Shown here: in pieces, positions 19,837-30,300 of the stretch
Layout of the letters: every line of letters begins with the position of its first letter
Position numbering within the stretch: the first letter of the stretch is position 1
From: an uncultured Acidobacteriota bacterium
Lineage (GTDB): Bacteria > Acidobacteriota > Polarisedimenticolia > J045
Assembly (NCBI GenBank): GCA_963702425.1
Contig: CAVPCQ010000035.1
Span: 11,781 to 75,780 of the forward strand
DNA: 64,000 nucleotides
Reading direction: 5' to 3'
Translations under genes and position numbers: made by a program
Notes under the pieces: generated by a model
Databases searched by the model: none
Told to the model about the DNA's origin: nothing
Seen by the model: only the letters and a program-made list of their open reading frames with translations

Positions 19837-21133
19837 ATGGCCTACAAGACGATCCAGGTTCCGGAAGGCGACAAGATCACCCTCAAGGACGGCAAGCTCA
19901 CCGTGACCGACCGGCCGATTCTCCCGTTCATCGAGGGCGACGGCACCGGCCGCGACATCTGGCGGGCCTCGGTCCGCGTGCTCGACGCCGCGGTCGCCAA
20001 AGCCTACGGCGGCAAGAAGAAGATCGCCTGGATGGAAGTGCACGCCGGCGAGAAGGCCTTCAACAAGTTCAACACCTGGCTCCCCGACGAGACGGTCGAC
20101 GCCTTCCGCGAGTACCTGGTCGGGATCAAGGGGCCGCTGACGACGCCGATCGGCGGCGGGATCCGCTCGCTCAACGTGGCGCTGCGGCAACTTCTCGACC
20201 TGTACGTCTGCCTGCGCCCGGTACGCTGGTTCGAGGGGGTCCCCTCGCCGGTGAAGCACCCCGAGAAGGTCAACATGGTGATCTTCCGCGAGAACACGGA
20301 GGACATCTACGCCGGGATCGAGTTCGAGTCCGGCACCCCGGAGCTGAAGAAGGTCCGGGACTTCCTCGCCCAGAGCTTCCCCGACATGTTCAAGAAGATC
20401 CGCTTCCCCGACAGCGGTGGCGATCGGCATCAAACCGGTCTCGCGCGAGGGGACCGAGCGGCTGGTCCGCGCGGCGATCCGGTACGCCCTCGAGCACAAG
20501 CGCAAGAGCGTCACCTTCGTGCACAAGGGCAACATCATGAAGTTCACCGAAGGGGCGTTCCGCAACTGGGGCTACGAGCTGGCCGAGCGCGAGTTCGGCG
20601 ACCGCGTCTACACCTGGGAGCAGTGGGAGCGGACCAAGAAGGACAGGAGCGAAGAGGCGGCCAACGCCGAGCAAAAGGCCGCGCTGGGGGCCGGCCGGTT
20701 GCTGATCAAGGACGCGATCGCGGACATCACGCTGCAGCAGGTCCTGACCCGTCCCGACGAGTTCGACGTCGTCGCGACGCTGAACCTGAACGGCGACTAC
20801 CTCTCCGACGCCCTGGCCGCGCAGGTCGGTGGAATCGGGATCGCGCCGGGCGGCAACATCAACTACCTCACCGGCCACGCGATCTTCGAGGCGACGCACG
20901 GCACGGCCCCCAAGTACGCCGACCTCGACCGGGTCAATCCGGGCTCGGTCGTCCTGTCGGGCGAGATGATGCTGCGCCACCTCGGCTGGGGCGAGGCGGC
21001 CGACCGGGTGATCAAGGGTCTCGACGGGGCGATCGCGGCGAAGACCGTGACCTACGACTTCGCGCGGCAGATGACCGGCGCGAAGGAGATCAAGTGCTCG
21101 GAGTTCGGTGACGCGGTGATCGCGCACATGTGA
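19837..21133 (+). CDS. icd: NADP-dependent isocitrate dehydrogenase (frameshift near 20415)
   Basis: [53 protein letters not shown] and [11 protein letters not shown]. Confidence 0.96.
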
Positions 21134-21141
21134 ATCCCGCG

Positions 21142-21169
21142 GCGGGGCCGGCCGACCCGCCGGCCCCGC
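21142..21169. terminator. GC-rich hairpin between convergent genes, a likely terminator
   Basis: GCGGGGCCGGC-cgaccc-GCCGGCCCCGC, an 11 bp perfect stem just after the icd stop. No clear U-tract. Confidence 0.55.
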
Positions 21170-21177
21170 GACCTGCC

Positions 21178-21906
21178 TCAGACTTCGTTCGACTGCTTGT
21201 TCCGGACGAGGTAGTAGCGGGTCGTGCCGGCCGGGGGAGCCACGGCGTCGTTGTAGGTCGTTCCAGCCGAGCCGCCGATCGGGTCGGTCGTCGTGCGGCC
21301 GGTGTTGAAGGTCCGGTCGTTGGCCGCGATCTCCACCTTGAACGTCCCGTCGCCGCCGGTCCACGACAGGTTCGCCACGCTGACGTTGCGGGTCACGGTG
21401 AGCACGATCAGCCGCGACACCTTGAGCGTCCCCGACATCCCGGGAAGACCGTTGTGCTGCGGGTTGTCGTGCTGGCGGCAGTAGAAGCCCCACTGCGAGT
21501 CGGCCGGGAAGGCGCTCGCCGCGTAGCTGCAGGTGGCGTCGACGTTCGCGCTGGGGGGGGCCGAGATGTTGCCGGTGTCCCACTTGCAGGCCGGCGGCGC
21601 CGGGTTCGCGCAGGAGTTGACCCCGTCGTCGGGACAGGTGTCGGACGCGCCGCTGTGCACGCCGCCGGTGGCGTCCCAGAAGATGCAGTCTCCGGGCTCG
21701 ATGACGGGCCGCGTCGGGGTGAAGCTGAAGCTGGCGACGGTGATCTTGAGCGTGCGCGGCGCAGCGAGCTTCTGGCACGCCGCGGGCGGCGTGGCCGCGC
21801 CGGCGCAGTTGGACGTGCGGCACGTGGTCTGGGCGCGCGCGGGCGGAGCGACGAGAACGAGAGCCGCGAGCAAGGCGGCGAGGGTGAGCGGGAGCGGATG
21901 GCGCAT
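21178..21906 (-). CDS. Secreted cupredoxin (plastocyanin-like) domain protein with a C-terminal FN3-like module
   Basis: Signal peptide ending ARA. FSFTP...IEPGDCIFW, GVHS and FYCRQH...GMSGTLKV supply type-1 Cu ligands H/C/H/M. Confidence 0.75.
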   Translation of the reverse strand: MRHPLPLTLAALLAALVLVAPPARAQTTCRTSNCAGAATPPAACQKLAAPRTLKITVASFSFTPTRPVIEPGDCIFWDATGGVHSGASDTCPDDGVNSCANPAPPACKWDTGNISAPPSANVDATCSYAASAFPADSQWGFYCRQHDNPQHNGLPGMSGTLKVSRLIVLTVTRNVSVANLSWTGGDGTFKVEIAANDRTFNTGRTTTDPIGGSAGTTYNDAVAPPAGTTRYYLVRNKQSNEV

Positions 21907-21922
21907 CGCAAGTCCTCCTGTT

Positions 21923-21950
21923 GCGGGCCGGCACGGAGGCCGACCCCTAC
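21923..21950 (-). repeat. Single REP copy of the same family as 9996-10099
   Basis: GCGGGCCGGCACGGAGGCCGACCCCTAC. It overlaps the TAG stop of the upstream barrel gene. Confidence 0.8.
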
Positions 21951-23313
21951 GGATGTGGGGGAGAGGAGCCGGGTCCGCTTGCCGGCAGGGAGGCCGGCTC
22001 GGGGACCGGAGGAGAGGCCGGTCGTGGGGTACGGCGGCGGAAGGCGGAGCGGTCGAAGGTTCTCACGATGTTGAAGCCCAGCCGGAACTCCCCCTCGCCC
22101 CAGTCGAGTTCGCCGCCCGGCGCGTAGAGGCTGGTGTGGGTCCCGTTCGTGTTGGTGAGCACCAGCCGGAAGACGTGGCGCGCGGTGAAGATCGAGAAGG
22201 CGATCGACCCCGACTGGTAGGGCGCGTCGACGCCCGCCAACTGGCCGATCCACTCGCCGGTCAGCGCGAGGTAGGAGTTGAGCCACAGCTCGCCGCCCAG
22301 ACCCAGCGCGACGGTGCCGTCGGTGTCGGCGGGATCGAACGGATCGGTGCGGGTTGCGATCATCGGGACCGCCAGCAGCGAGAGTCGCTCGCCGAAGCGC
22401 CGGGCCAGCGGCAGCGAGAGCGAGACGCGGTTCCGGTTGGCCGCGTTGCGGTCCTGCAGGTACTCGTAGCCCAGGACCGCAGAGAACGACAGCGGCGCGC
22501 CGCCGGGCCGTTGCCGGGCCAGGGCGTACTTGCCGTACGCCTCCCAGTCCTTGAAGAGGTTCGTGCGCCGCAGCCCGAGATCGACGCGCTCGCCCAGCCC
22601 GGCCGCGACGCCGAACGAGATCCACGCGCCGCCGTCGAGCCCGCCCAGGTTGTACCAGCCGGCCTCCTTCACCGACTCCTTGAAGCGGTGCAGGAAGCGC
22701 ATCTCGAGACCCGACGCGCCGAGCGTCTCGGTCGTCGGGAGGTTGATCAGGTGGGTGTCCTGGAAGATCGGGACCGGGCGCTCGTCGCGCGGCGCCGGCG
22801 GGATGGCGGCCTGCTCGGCGATCGGCGGCACCGGCTCGGGGTCGCCCCACACGGCCGGATCGAACGATCCGATCCAGTCGCGCAGCACGGCCTCCTCGTC
22901 CGCGCCGAGCGGCGGCGCGTGCATCGGCATCCGCGGGCCGCGGGTGCGCCCTTCGGCCAGCGGCAGCGTCTTGAGGAAGAGCGCGCTGCGCTCGGGGTGG
23001 CCGGGATCGACGAGGAGGAGTCCGGGCTGGGTCCGGGAGGGGACGTTGACCGTGGACCGGGACAGCCTTCGAGGGGAAAGATCGAGCCCGGCCTCGGGCT
23101 CCTCCTCGCCATGGCAGTTGGTGCAGCGCGCGGCGACCAGGCGCTGCGCGGCGGCGTAGGCCGCGGCTTCGGTGGTAGCCGCGGCGGGTGAACGTCGAGC
23201 CTGGCGAGCGCCGCCAGGACGGCCAGCGCGGCCAGCCCGGAACGGGCCGCGGCGCGGGCCCGCGGCCGTTCCGGCGCCGCGCGCGGCGCGTCAGTTGTTC
23301 GGCGCGCCGTCAT
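21947..23313 (-). CDS. c-type cytochrome domain fused to a DUF5777-like outer-membrane beta-barrel (frameshift near 23195)
   Basis: RCTNCHGEEEPEAGLDL...VDPGHPERSALF...RMP is in frame with FQDTHLINLPTTETL...MRFLHRF...HVFRLVLTN...FRLGFNIVRTF. The signal peptide is in an adjacent frame. Confidence 0.75.
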
Positions 23314-23776
23314 CGATCCACTCGCGGATCACGTCGATCTCTTCGACCGAGAGCGCGCCGCCGACCGGCATCCGGTCGCCGACGATGCCGCGGCCGGTGA
23401 TCTTGTGGACCAGGTAGGAGCTGCGGCTGGCACCGGGCTCGATCCGGAACAGCGGCGGCAGCTCGCGGCTCGGCACGCCGACCGCACCGAGCGCGGGATC
23501 GTAGAGCCGGCCCGGCTCCAGCGAGAGATTCATCTCCGGGCTCGCGCCGCCGTGACAGGGGACGCAGTTGAGGTTGAAGATCGGCTGGACCTGGCGGCTC
23601 AGGCTGATCGTGCCGCCGGAGGGGTCGAGCGGGTCCGGGAAGATGCGCGGGTCGGCGTTTCGACACCCGGCACCCGCGAGCAGCGTTGCGAGCGCAACCA
23701 GCGACGGGAGCGGCCGTCGTTGCGTGCTGCCGGCGAAACCCCTGTGCGCTGCGGGCACCCGTTCCCCTCCCCTCAC
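23291..23776 (-). CDS. Monoheme c-type cytochrome lipoprotein (planctomycete-type cytochrome c-like)
   Basis: Lipobox-like LLAGAGC, VQPIFNLNCVPCHGG, IEPG..SSYLVHKI, RMP and IREWIDDGA. Confidence 0.8.
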   Translation of the reverse strand: MRGGERVPAAHRGFAGSTQRRPLPSLVALATLLAGAGCRNADPRIFPDPLDPSGGTISLSRQVQPIFNLNCVPCHGGASPEMNLSLEPGRLYDPALGAVGVPSRELPPLFRIEPGASRSSYLVHKITGRGIVGDRMPVGGALSVEEIDVIREWIDDGAPNN

Positions 23777-23843
23777 GACTGGAGAGCGAGGATGCGGGGC
23801 CCGCGGACCCGGCGTCTGTGACCTGGGTCCGCTGACTTAGGAG

Positions 23844-24287
23844 TCAGTCCGTAATCGCGCGCAGCAGCAGGTCGAGTGCTTCACGGTAGCCCTCGGCCCC
23901 CTTCCCGTCGACCGCCGCGACGCAGGCCGGCCGCACGACGCTGACTTGCCGCCAGGCCTCGCGCTCGGCGAGACGCGAGAGGTGGACCTCGACCACCGGC
24001 TTGCCGAAGTCGAGCAGCGCGTCGAGCAGCGCGTAGCTGGTGTGGGTGAAGGCGCCGAGATTGACGAGCGCCCCGTCGACCGTGCCGGCGTGATACTGCA
24101 GCGCGTCGATCAGCGCCCCCTCGTGGTTCGACTGGACGAAGACCGTGCGCGCCCCGCGCTCGGCGGCCCAGGTCGCGACGCGCGCCTCGAGCTGGGGCAG
24201 CGTGAGCGTGCCGTAGTGCGCCGGGTCGCGCCGCCCGAGACGGTTCAGGTTCGGGCCGTGCAGGACGAGCAGCGTCCGCGGGATCAC
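23844..24287 (-). CDS. aroQ: Type II 3-dehydroquinate dehydratase
   Basis: LHGPNLNRLGRRDP..YG, QSNHEGALID, THTSYAL and EVHLS...REAWR. Confidence 0.95.
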   Translation of the reverse strand: MIPRTLLVLHGPNLNRLGRRDPAHYGTLTLPQLEARVATWAAERGARTVFVQSNHEGALIDALQYHAGTVDGALVNLGAFTHTSYALLDALLDFGKPVVEVHLSRLAEREAWRQVSVVRPACVAAVDGKGAEGYREALDLLLRAITD

Positions 24288-25915
24288 GCGAGTTCCTCCG
24301 CCAGGAGGGCGCCCACCGTCGCCGACGGCACCGCCGCGATCATGACCTCGCCCGCGCGCACCGGCAGCACCCACGGCTGCTCGCCGCCGGCCCGCTTCTT
24401 GTCGTGCGCCAGCGCCTCGGCGAGCGCCTCGCGCTCCGCCGCGGCGAGCGCCGGAAGCGCGGAGGGCAGCCCGAGGGCATGAAACAGGGCCGGGACGCGG
24501 TCGAGCAGGGGGCGCTCCTTCAGGATGCCGGCGCGATCCGCCAGCTCGAGCGCGAAGACCGTGCCGATCGCCACCGCCTCGCCGTGTCCCAGCGGCGCCG
24601 GGCGGGCCCGGGTCGCGGTCTCCAGCGCGTGGCCGAGCGTGTGACCGAGGTTGAGCTTGCGGCGCTCGTCCTTTTCCTCGAGATCGCGCTCGACGATCGT
24701 CAGCTTGACGCGCGCAGCGCGGCTCGCGACCTCCTCGAGTTGCGGCAGCGGCCAGCCCGCCTCGCGCGCCGCCCCCTCCTCGATCGCCTCGAGCAGCGCG
24801 GCATCGCCGATCAGCGCGCTCTTGACCGCCTCGGCCATCCCGGCGGCGATCTCCGCCGGGGGCAGCGTGAGCAGGAACAGCGGGTCGAGGTGCACGCGGT
24901 CCGGCAGGCGCACGGTGCCGACCGCGTTCTTCGCTCCCGCGAGGTTGATCCCGTTCTTCCCGCCCAGTGCGGCGTCGAGCTGCGCCAACAGCGTCGTCGG
25001 CAGGAGCGCCAGCGGCACGCCGCGCTTGAAGGTGTCGGCGGCGAGGCCGGCCAGGTCGGTGATCGTCCCGCCGCCCGCCGCCCAGAGCGGCATGTCCTTG
25101 TCGAGACCGGCCTCGAGCAGCGCGCTCCAGACGCGCGCGAGCGTCTCCGGCGACTTGGCCGGTTCGCCGCCGGGGATCTCGAGCCAGGCCAGCCCGCCCG
25201 GTGCGTGGGACGCGAGCGGCCCGCGCAGCGCATCCCTGTGGCAGGCCGGGAGGTGCGCGTCCCAGAGCATCGCGGCGCGCAGGACCGGCGGAAACGGCAG
25301 GGCTCCACGGCCGACCGTGACCCCGCGCGCCGATGGCAGCTCGGGCGCCAGGGGCCGTGCGCGGTCGGCCCACGGCCCGGCGTCGTCGGCATAGAGCGCG
25401 CGCAGCACGCTCACCGCGACGTCGCGCGGCCCGCTGCCGCCGGTGTCGAGACGGACGTCGGCGCGGGCATACCCCGCCGCGCGCTCGCGCCGCAGGTCCT
25501 CGAGCCGCGCCACGCGATCGGCCGCGCTCGCCAACAGCGGCCGTGCGGCCACCTCGTGTGCGGCGAGGCGCGAGGCGAGGTCCTGCGCCGGCGCGTCGAG
25601 GTGGACGATTGCCGCGCGCCGCGCCAGCGCCTCGGCCAGCGCGGCGTTCTCGAGCGTGCCGCCGCCGACCGCGAGCACCTCCGGCCAGGCGTCGGGCGGG
25701 CGGGCCAGCCAGAGCCGGGCCGCGCGCTCCTCGGCTGCACGGAAGACCGGCTCGCCGGCGGCGAAGAGGGCCGCGATCGAGCGCTGCTCGAGGATCTCGA
25801 TCCGCGCGTCGAGGTCGACGAAGGCGCGCTCGAGCATCGCGGCCACGAGCCGGCCGACGGTCGTCTTCCCCGAGCCCATCGGGCCGGCCAGGACGAGATC
25901 GCGGCGCGCGCTCAC
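24284..25915 (-). CDS. aroKB: Bifunctional shikimate kinase / 3-dehydroquinate synthase
   Basis: P-loop GPMGSGKTTVG, GEPVFR and GGG, followed by GGGTITDLAG, PTTLLAQLDAALGGKNGIN and LNLGHTLGHALE. Confidence 0.93.
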   Translation of the reverse strand: MSARRDLVLAGPMGSGKTTVGRLVAAMLERAFVDLDARIEILEQRSIAALFAAGEPVFRAAEERAARLWLARPPDAWPEVLAVGGGTLENAALAEALARRAAIVHLDAPAQDLASRLAAHEVAARPLLASAADRVARLEDLRRERAAGYARADVRLDTGGSGPRDVAVSVLRALYADDAGPWADRARPLAPELPSARGVTVGRGALPFPPVLRAAMLWDAHLPACHRDALRGPLASHAPGGLAWLEIPGGEPAKSPETLARVWSALLEAGLDKDMPLWAAGGGTITDLAGLAADTFKRGVPLALLPTTLLAQLDAALGGKNGINLAGAKNAVGTVRLPDRVHLDPLFLLTLPPAEIAAGMAEAVKSALIGDAALLEAIEEGAAREAGWPLPQLEEVASRAARVKLTIVERDLEEKDERRKLNLGHTLGHALETATRARPAPLGHGEAVAIGTVFALELADRAGILKERPLLDRVPALFHALGLPSALPALAAAEREALAEALAHDKKRAGGEQPWVLPVRAGEVMIAAVPSATVGALLAEELA

Positions 25916-27114
25916 CGCTCGCGGTCCTTCGGCCAGCGCGGCAGCCGGCCGCGGTATGCGGCGAGCGCGGCGAGCAGGTCGGACAGCGCGTCGCCGCCGA
26001 ACTTCTCCAGCAGCGCGTCGGCCAGCACGATCCCGGCGACCGCCTCGGCGATCACCGTCGCCGCCGGGACGACGGTGACGTCGCTGCGGATGTAGCGTCC
26101 CTCCACCGCGCGGCCGGTGTCGAGGTCGACCGACGGCAACGGGCGCTTGAGCGTGGAGATCGGCTTGAGCGTCAGCCGCACGACCAGCGGCTGGCCGTTC
26201 GTGACGCCGCCTTCCAGACCGCCGGCCCGGTTGCTCTCGCGGCCGAGCCTGGCCCCGGCGCGGGCGATGACGTCGTGCGCGTCGTGCCCGATCGACCGGC
26301 CGGCAGCGAGCGCGTCGCCCAGCTCGACTTCCTTGACGGAGGGGATCGCAGCCAGCGCCGCGGCCAGCCGCGCGTCGAGTCGCCGGTCGTGCTGGACGTA
26401 GCTGCCGAGGCCGGGCGGCAGGCCCCACACGATCAGCTCGACCCGGCCGCCGAGCGTCTCGCCCTGCGCCAGGGCCTCGTCGATGAGGGCCACCATCGCC
26501 TTCGACGCGACCGGGTCGGCGGAAGCGACCGGCGACGCGTCGCGCGCCTTCTCCAGCCGGTCGGCGGCTGCGGCGGCGGGTGCCGCACTCGTGCCGGCGC
26601 CGTCGTTCGCCCCGTCCTCCGTTCGGCCCGGATGAGGCGCCGCAGGGATCCCGCCCAGCTCGATCACGTGCCCGGCGAGCCGCGCGCCGGTCAGCTCGAG
26701 CAGCCGGCAGGCCGCCGCGCCGAGCGCGACGCGCATCGCGGTCTCGCGCGCCGAGGCGCGCTCGATCACCGGGTTGGCGTCGGCGAAGCCGTACTTGAGC
26801 ATCCCGGCGAGGTCGGCGTGGCCGGGACGCGGGACGGTCTTGCGCACCGTCGTGCGGCCCTGCCGGTTCGAGCGGTTCTCGATCAGCACGGCCAGCGGCG
26901 CGCCGGTCGTCTCGCCCTTCCAGACCCCGCCGACGAGCTGCGGGCGGTCGGCCTCGAAGGTCATCCGCTTGCCGCGGCCGTAACCGCCCATCCGGCGCTT
27001 CATCCGCGGCGCGAGGTCGCGCTCGGCGAGCGGGATCCCGGCCGGCAGCCCGTCCAGAATCCCGACCAGCACCGGGCCGTGCGATTCCCCGGCGGTGAGG
27101 TACCGAAGCGCCAT
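25912..27114 (-). CDS. aroC: Chorismate synthase
   Basis: LTAGESHG, PRPGHAD, ERASARETA, SNRAGGLEGGVTNG, KPISTL and RSDV. Confidence 0.97.
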   Translation of the reverse strand: MALRYLTAGESHGPVLVGILDGLPAGIPLAERDLAPRMKRRMGGYGRGKRMTFEADRPQLVGGVWKGETTGAPLAVLIENRSNRQGRTTVRKTVPRPGHADLAGMLKYGFADANPVIERASARETAMRVALGAAACRLLELTGARLAGHVIELGGIPAAPHPGRTEDGANDGAGTSAAPAAAAADRLEKARDASPVASADPVASKAMVALIDEALAQGETLGGRVELIVWGLPPGLGSYVQHDRRLDARLAAALAAIPSVKEVELGDALAAGRSIGHDAHDVIARAGARLGRESNRAGGLEGGVTNGQPLVVRLTLKPISTLKRPLPSVDLDTGRAVEGRYIRSDVTVVPAATVIAEAVAGIVLADALLEKFGGDALSDLLAALAAYRGRLPRWPKDRER

Positions 27115-27226
27115 CCATCCTCCGTCCCGGGAGAATCCCCCATGAAAACCCGCACCAAGACCGACAGCATGGGTCCCGTTGAGGCCCCGCCGGCCGCTAC
27201 TGGGGCGCGCAGACCGAGCGCTCGCG
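27037..27226. repeat. Left copy of a ~190 bp imperfect direct repeat (aroC 5' end, intergenic, fumC 5' end)
   Basis: Aligns by eye with 35311-35501, e.g. gaatcccgaccagcacc...gattccccggcggtgag...cctccgtcccgggagaat...tactggggcgcgcagaccgagcgctcgc. Confidence 0.93.
27142..27226 (+). pseudogene. fumC: Truncated, frameshifted fumC 5' fragment
   Basis: MKTRTKTDSMGPVEAP / [10 protein letters not shown], compared with intact [28 protein letters not shown] at 35416. Confidence 0.9.
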
Positions 27227-27333
27227 CCGCTGAGTCGGTGCCGTGAGGCAACCGCGTTGTCGTGACGGATCACCAGGAAATCGCGGCCGGACGGGGTCGT
27301 GGCAAGGCCCAACGGGTAACTTCAGCTCAGTCC

Positions 27334-30300
27334 TCATGGCCCCTCCTGGTGACACGAGTTGATGGCGCGCACCTCGAAGAACGTCACCGCCGGCGTAGTG
27401 TGCGCGCCGTTCTCGATGCTGAACGTCGTCGCGGTTGTCGTCGTGCCGATCAGGTCCACCGCGCGGAAGGTCTTGTCGACGGACTGGAGCACGTGGTAGC
27501 CCGCACCGGCGACCGGTGTCCAGGAGAGGACGAGGTCGAGGTCGGGGCCGGCCGGGACGACGGTGACGCTGAGGTTGGGCGCTGCGGTCGGGGCAGGCTC
27601 GGCGCAGGCCTGCGGCGTGCAGCCGAGCCCCCCCGCGATGGTCGCGTGCAGCGTGCGGGCGTTGATGGAACCGCTGACGATCGAGCCCGAAGGGTCCACG
27701 TCCTGGACCGACAGCGTCCAGACCCCGGCCAGCGGCTCGCCGACGAAGTCGGTCATGCTGCCGGGACCGGAGGGCACCGTGTCGCGATCGTAGCGGGTCT
27801 GGATGTTGCGGCCGCCAGGGACGGGGCCGCGATCGTGCAGCCGGACCCGCGTGCCCCGCGGCGAGATCAGCTCGACGACGAGCTGTGTCGGGTCCTGGTG
27901 GGTGATGTCGACCGACACGTCGAGCTCGGCGACGGTGTCGTCGTCCCCGCTGGTCCAGAACACCTCGACCGGCGTCGGCGTCTCGTACGGGATCGGCTCG
28001 CGGAAGGTCTCCGTGTAGTCGATGTAGGGGTTACCCATCGGGATCCGGATCTCGTCCGAAAACGGCGCGGAATTCTCCGCGTCCCCGGTCAGCGCGAGCG
28101 TCAGCACCTCGCCACAGCGCGCCTGCTCGAGCACCACGATCCCGAAGTGCGGCGCGTTGGTCTCCCCCGTCGTGCCCGGCGCGATCGCGGGCCAGGTAGC
28201 CTGTGGCTGCAAGATCCGCACGTCGGCGGGGCCGACGAGGCGCAGCGTGCCGCTGGCGTTGGCGCTGGGATCGCCCCCGTTGTTGAGCAACGTCACCGCC
28301 AGATCGAGCGTCTCTCCCGGCTCCGGCACGCCGTCGCCGTCCCCGTCGATGACGCGGTGTGCGACCTCGTCGAGCCGGCTTCCCGGCGGCGCCACGATGC
28401 AGTTGGACAGGGGGCCGGCACAGGCTCGGTTCGTGCCGAACGCCTGGACCCGGTACGAGCGGCTCGCCAGGGAATCCCGGCTGTTGTCGGTGTAGGTCGT
28501 CTGCCCCGACCCAAGCTTTGCGAGCGGGACCTGCTGGCGGTTGCAGCCGAGCTCGCCGCGGAAGATGCGGTACTCGACGGCGTTGGCGACCGCGGCCCAG
28601 TTCAGCTCGACCCCGGCCGGCGTCATGGTCCTCGCCACGACCGGCGCCGCGAGCGGTGGACAACTCGACGTGCTCTTGTTCGTCGCGTCGGCTGCCGCGC
28701 CACAGGCGAGATTGTGCCGGTTGAACGCCGCGAACAGCGCCGCCGCGTGCGGCGTGCCGTTGGCCAGGTTGCCATTGTCGTCGTCCGCGACGCGCATCCG
28801 CTGGTACCAGCTCGTCGAGCCGCACGAGTTCGACGATGGGACGCACGTGTAGGCCTCGCCGCCCGATCCGGGCCGCGTCTGGTACCACAGGCGCTCCACG
28901 ACCTGCCACGCGCTGTCCTGGTCCATCCCCGACGCCGGCAAGTCACGCGTCGCGAGGTCGAACATCGCTTCGCTCACGACGTAGGATTCGCAGTGGGGCT
29001 CGCGCCGGCACGGGCCGCCCCAGGCGGAATAGTCCGTTTCGCAGCGAACGCTCGCGAAGTTCGTCGGCGTGGCCGGAGTCTTCGACGCCCGCGCATTCCA
29101 GTCCATGTCGCGAATCCCGGTGCAGTTCAGGCAGGTGTCCCCGTAGCCTCCTTGGGGGCCGCACATGGTCCCGTCTTTGTAGAGTCCGCGCCCGACGCAC
29201 GAGTCGTGGGTCGTGAGGATCGCCACGATGTCGGAGTAGGCCTCTGACGGGCGGTCCGCCCCGCCGCCGTCGTTGTCGTCGTAACCGTGTCCCCACTCGT
29301 GGACGAGGACGCCTGCGTTCTCCCCCGAGTTCCTGCACTTCTTGCCGTCCCCGTTCATGTTGATGCTGGTCATGTTCCAGTTCGCGTTGCAGTCACCCGT
29401 CGTGAGATTGACGTTGACCGTGAGCGGGTTTCTCAACCAACTGTTGCTCGCGTTGTAGAAGCGGGCGATCTCGGCGATGCGGTTGATGTGGTAGTAGGAG
29501 CTCCGGGCGGCCGCGGTGTTCCCGGCCGACGCACCCGGAGCGACCGCGCAGTTCTCGCCATACTTGAGCCCGAGCTCGACGCCCTCACTGCAGGTCCCGG
29601 ACTCCGCCATGGCGCCGCACGCGTCGACGATGCGGACGTAGCTCCCGGCGAGGTTCGTCACAACGGCCGCGCCCGGATCGGTGCACACGAGATTGCCGAA
29701 CGTGTCGGCGAACCTCTCCGCCTGCCCCGTCTCGGTGTAGTCCACGAACGGCACCGGCATCCACGGCAGCTCACAGCCGCCGGCCACGCAGTCACCGTCC
29801 GGCGAAACCGGGAACGCGCCGCCCCGGACCGTGCCGTACCGGGTTCCCTCGTAGAACGCCCGGACCGTACCGTCGTGCGCGTCCACCTCGCCGACCCAGC
29901 GGACCGGCGCGTCGGCTTCGTCGAGCAGGAAGCGCCAGACGAGGAGGTGCGAGAGGCCCGCGCCGCGGGCGCCCGACCAGGGCCGCGGCTCGCCCTCGCC
30001 CGCCTCACCGTCCGCGGCGACGGCGATCAGCGTCAGCTCCGGTGCGGCGGCGAGCTGCAGCCCGGCCGCGTCCGCGCCGATGTACTCACGGAGGAAATCG
30101 CCCGCGACCTCCGCCCCGACGGCCGGGATGCCGCTCTTGCCAAGCCGGCCCCAGAAGTGCGCGCCGAACAGGACCATCCGCCCGCGCACCACGTGCAGGT
30201 CGAGCCGCGCATTCTCGACGCGCACGCCATTCACGTTCTGGCGGAAGACGAGCTGCCACTGCCCTTCCCGAACGAGCAGGCTGGCGGCGCGGTCGAGTTC

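Noticed and set aside
23291-23293. TGA of the cytochrome lipoprotein is in frame with the downstream cytochrome-barrel gene (possible Sec or read-through)
   Set aside because: There is no Cys-motif context, and the in-frame linker is Arg/Gly-rich noise while a good signal peptide lies in the adjacent frame. A frameshift is the simpler explanation.
24284-25915. AroK-AroB fusion as a novelty
   Set aside because: This is a known bifunctional architecture in several bacterial lineages.
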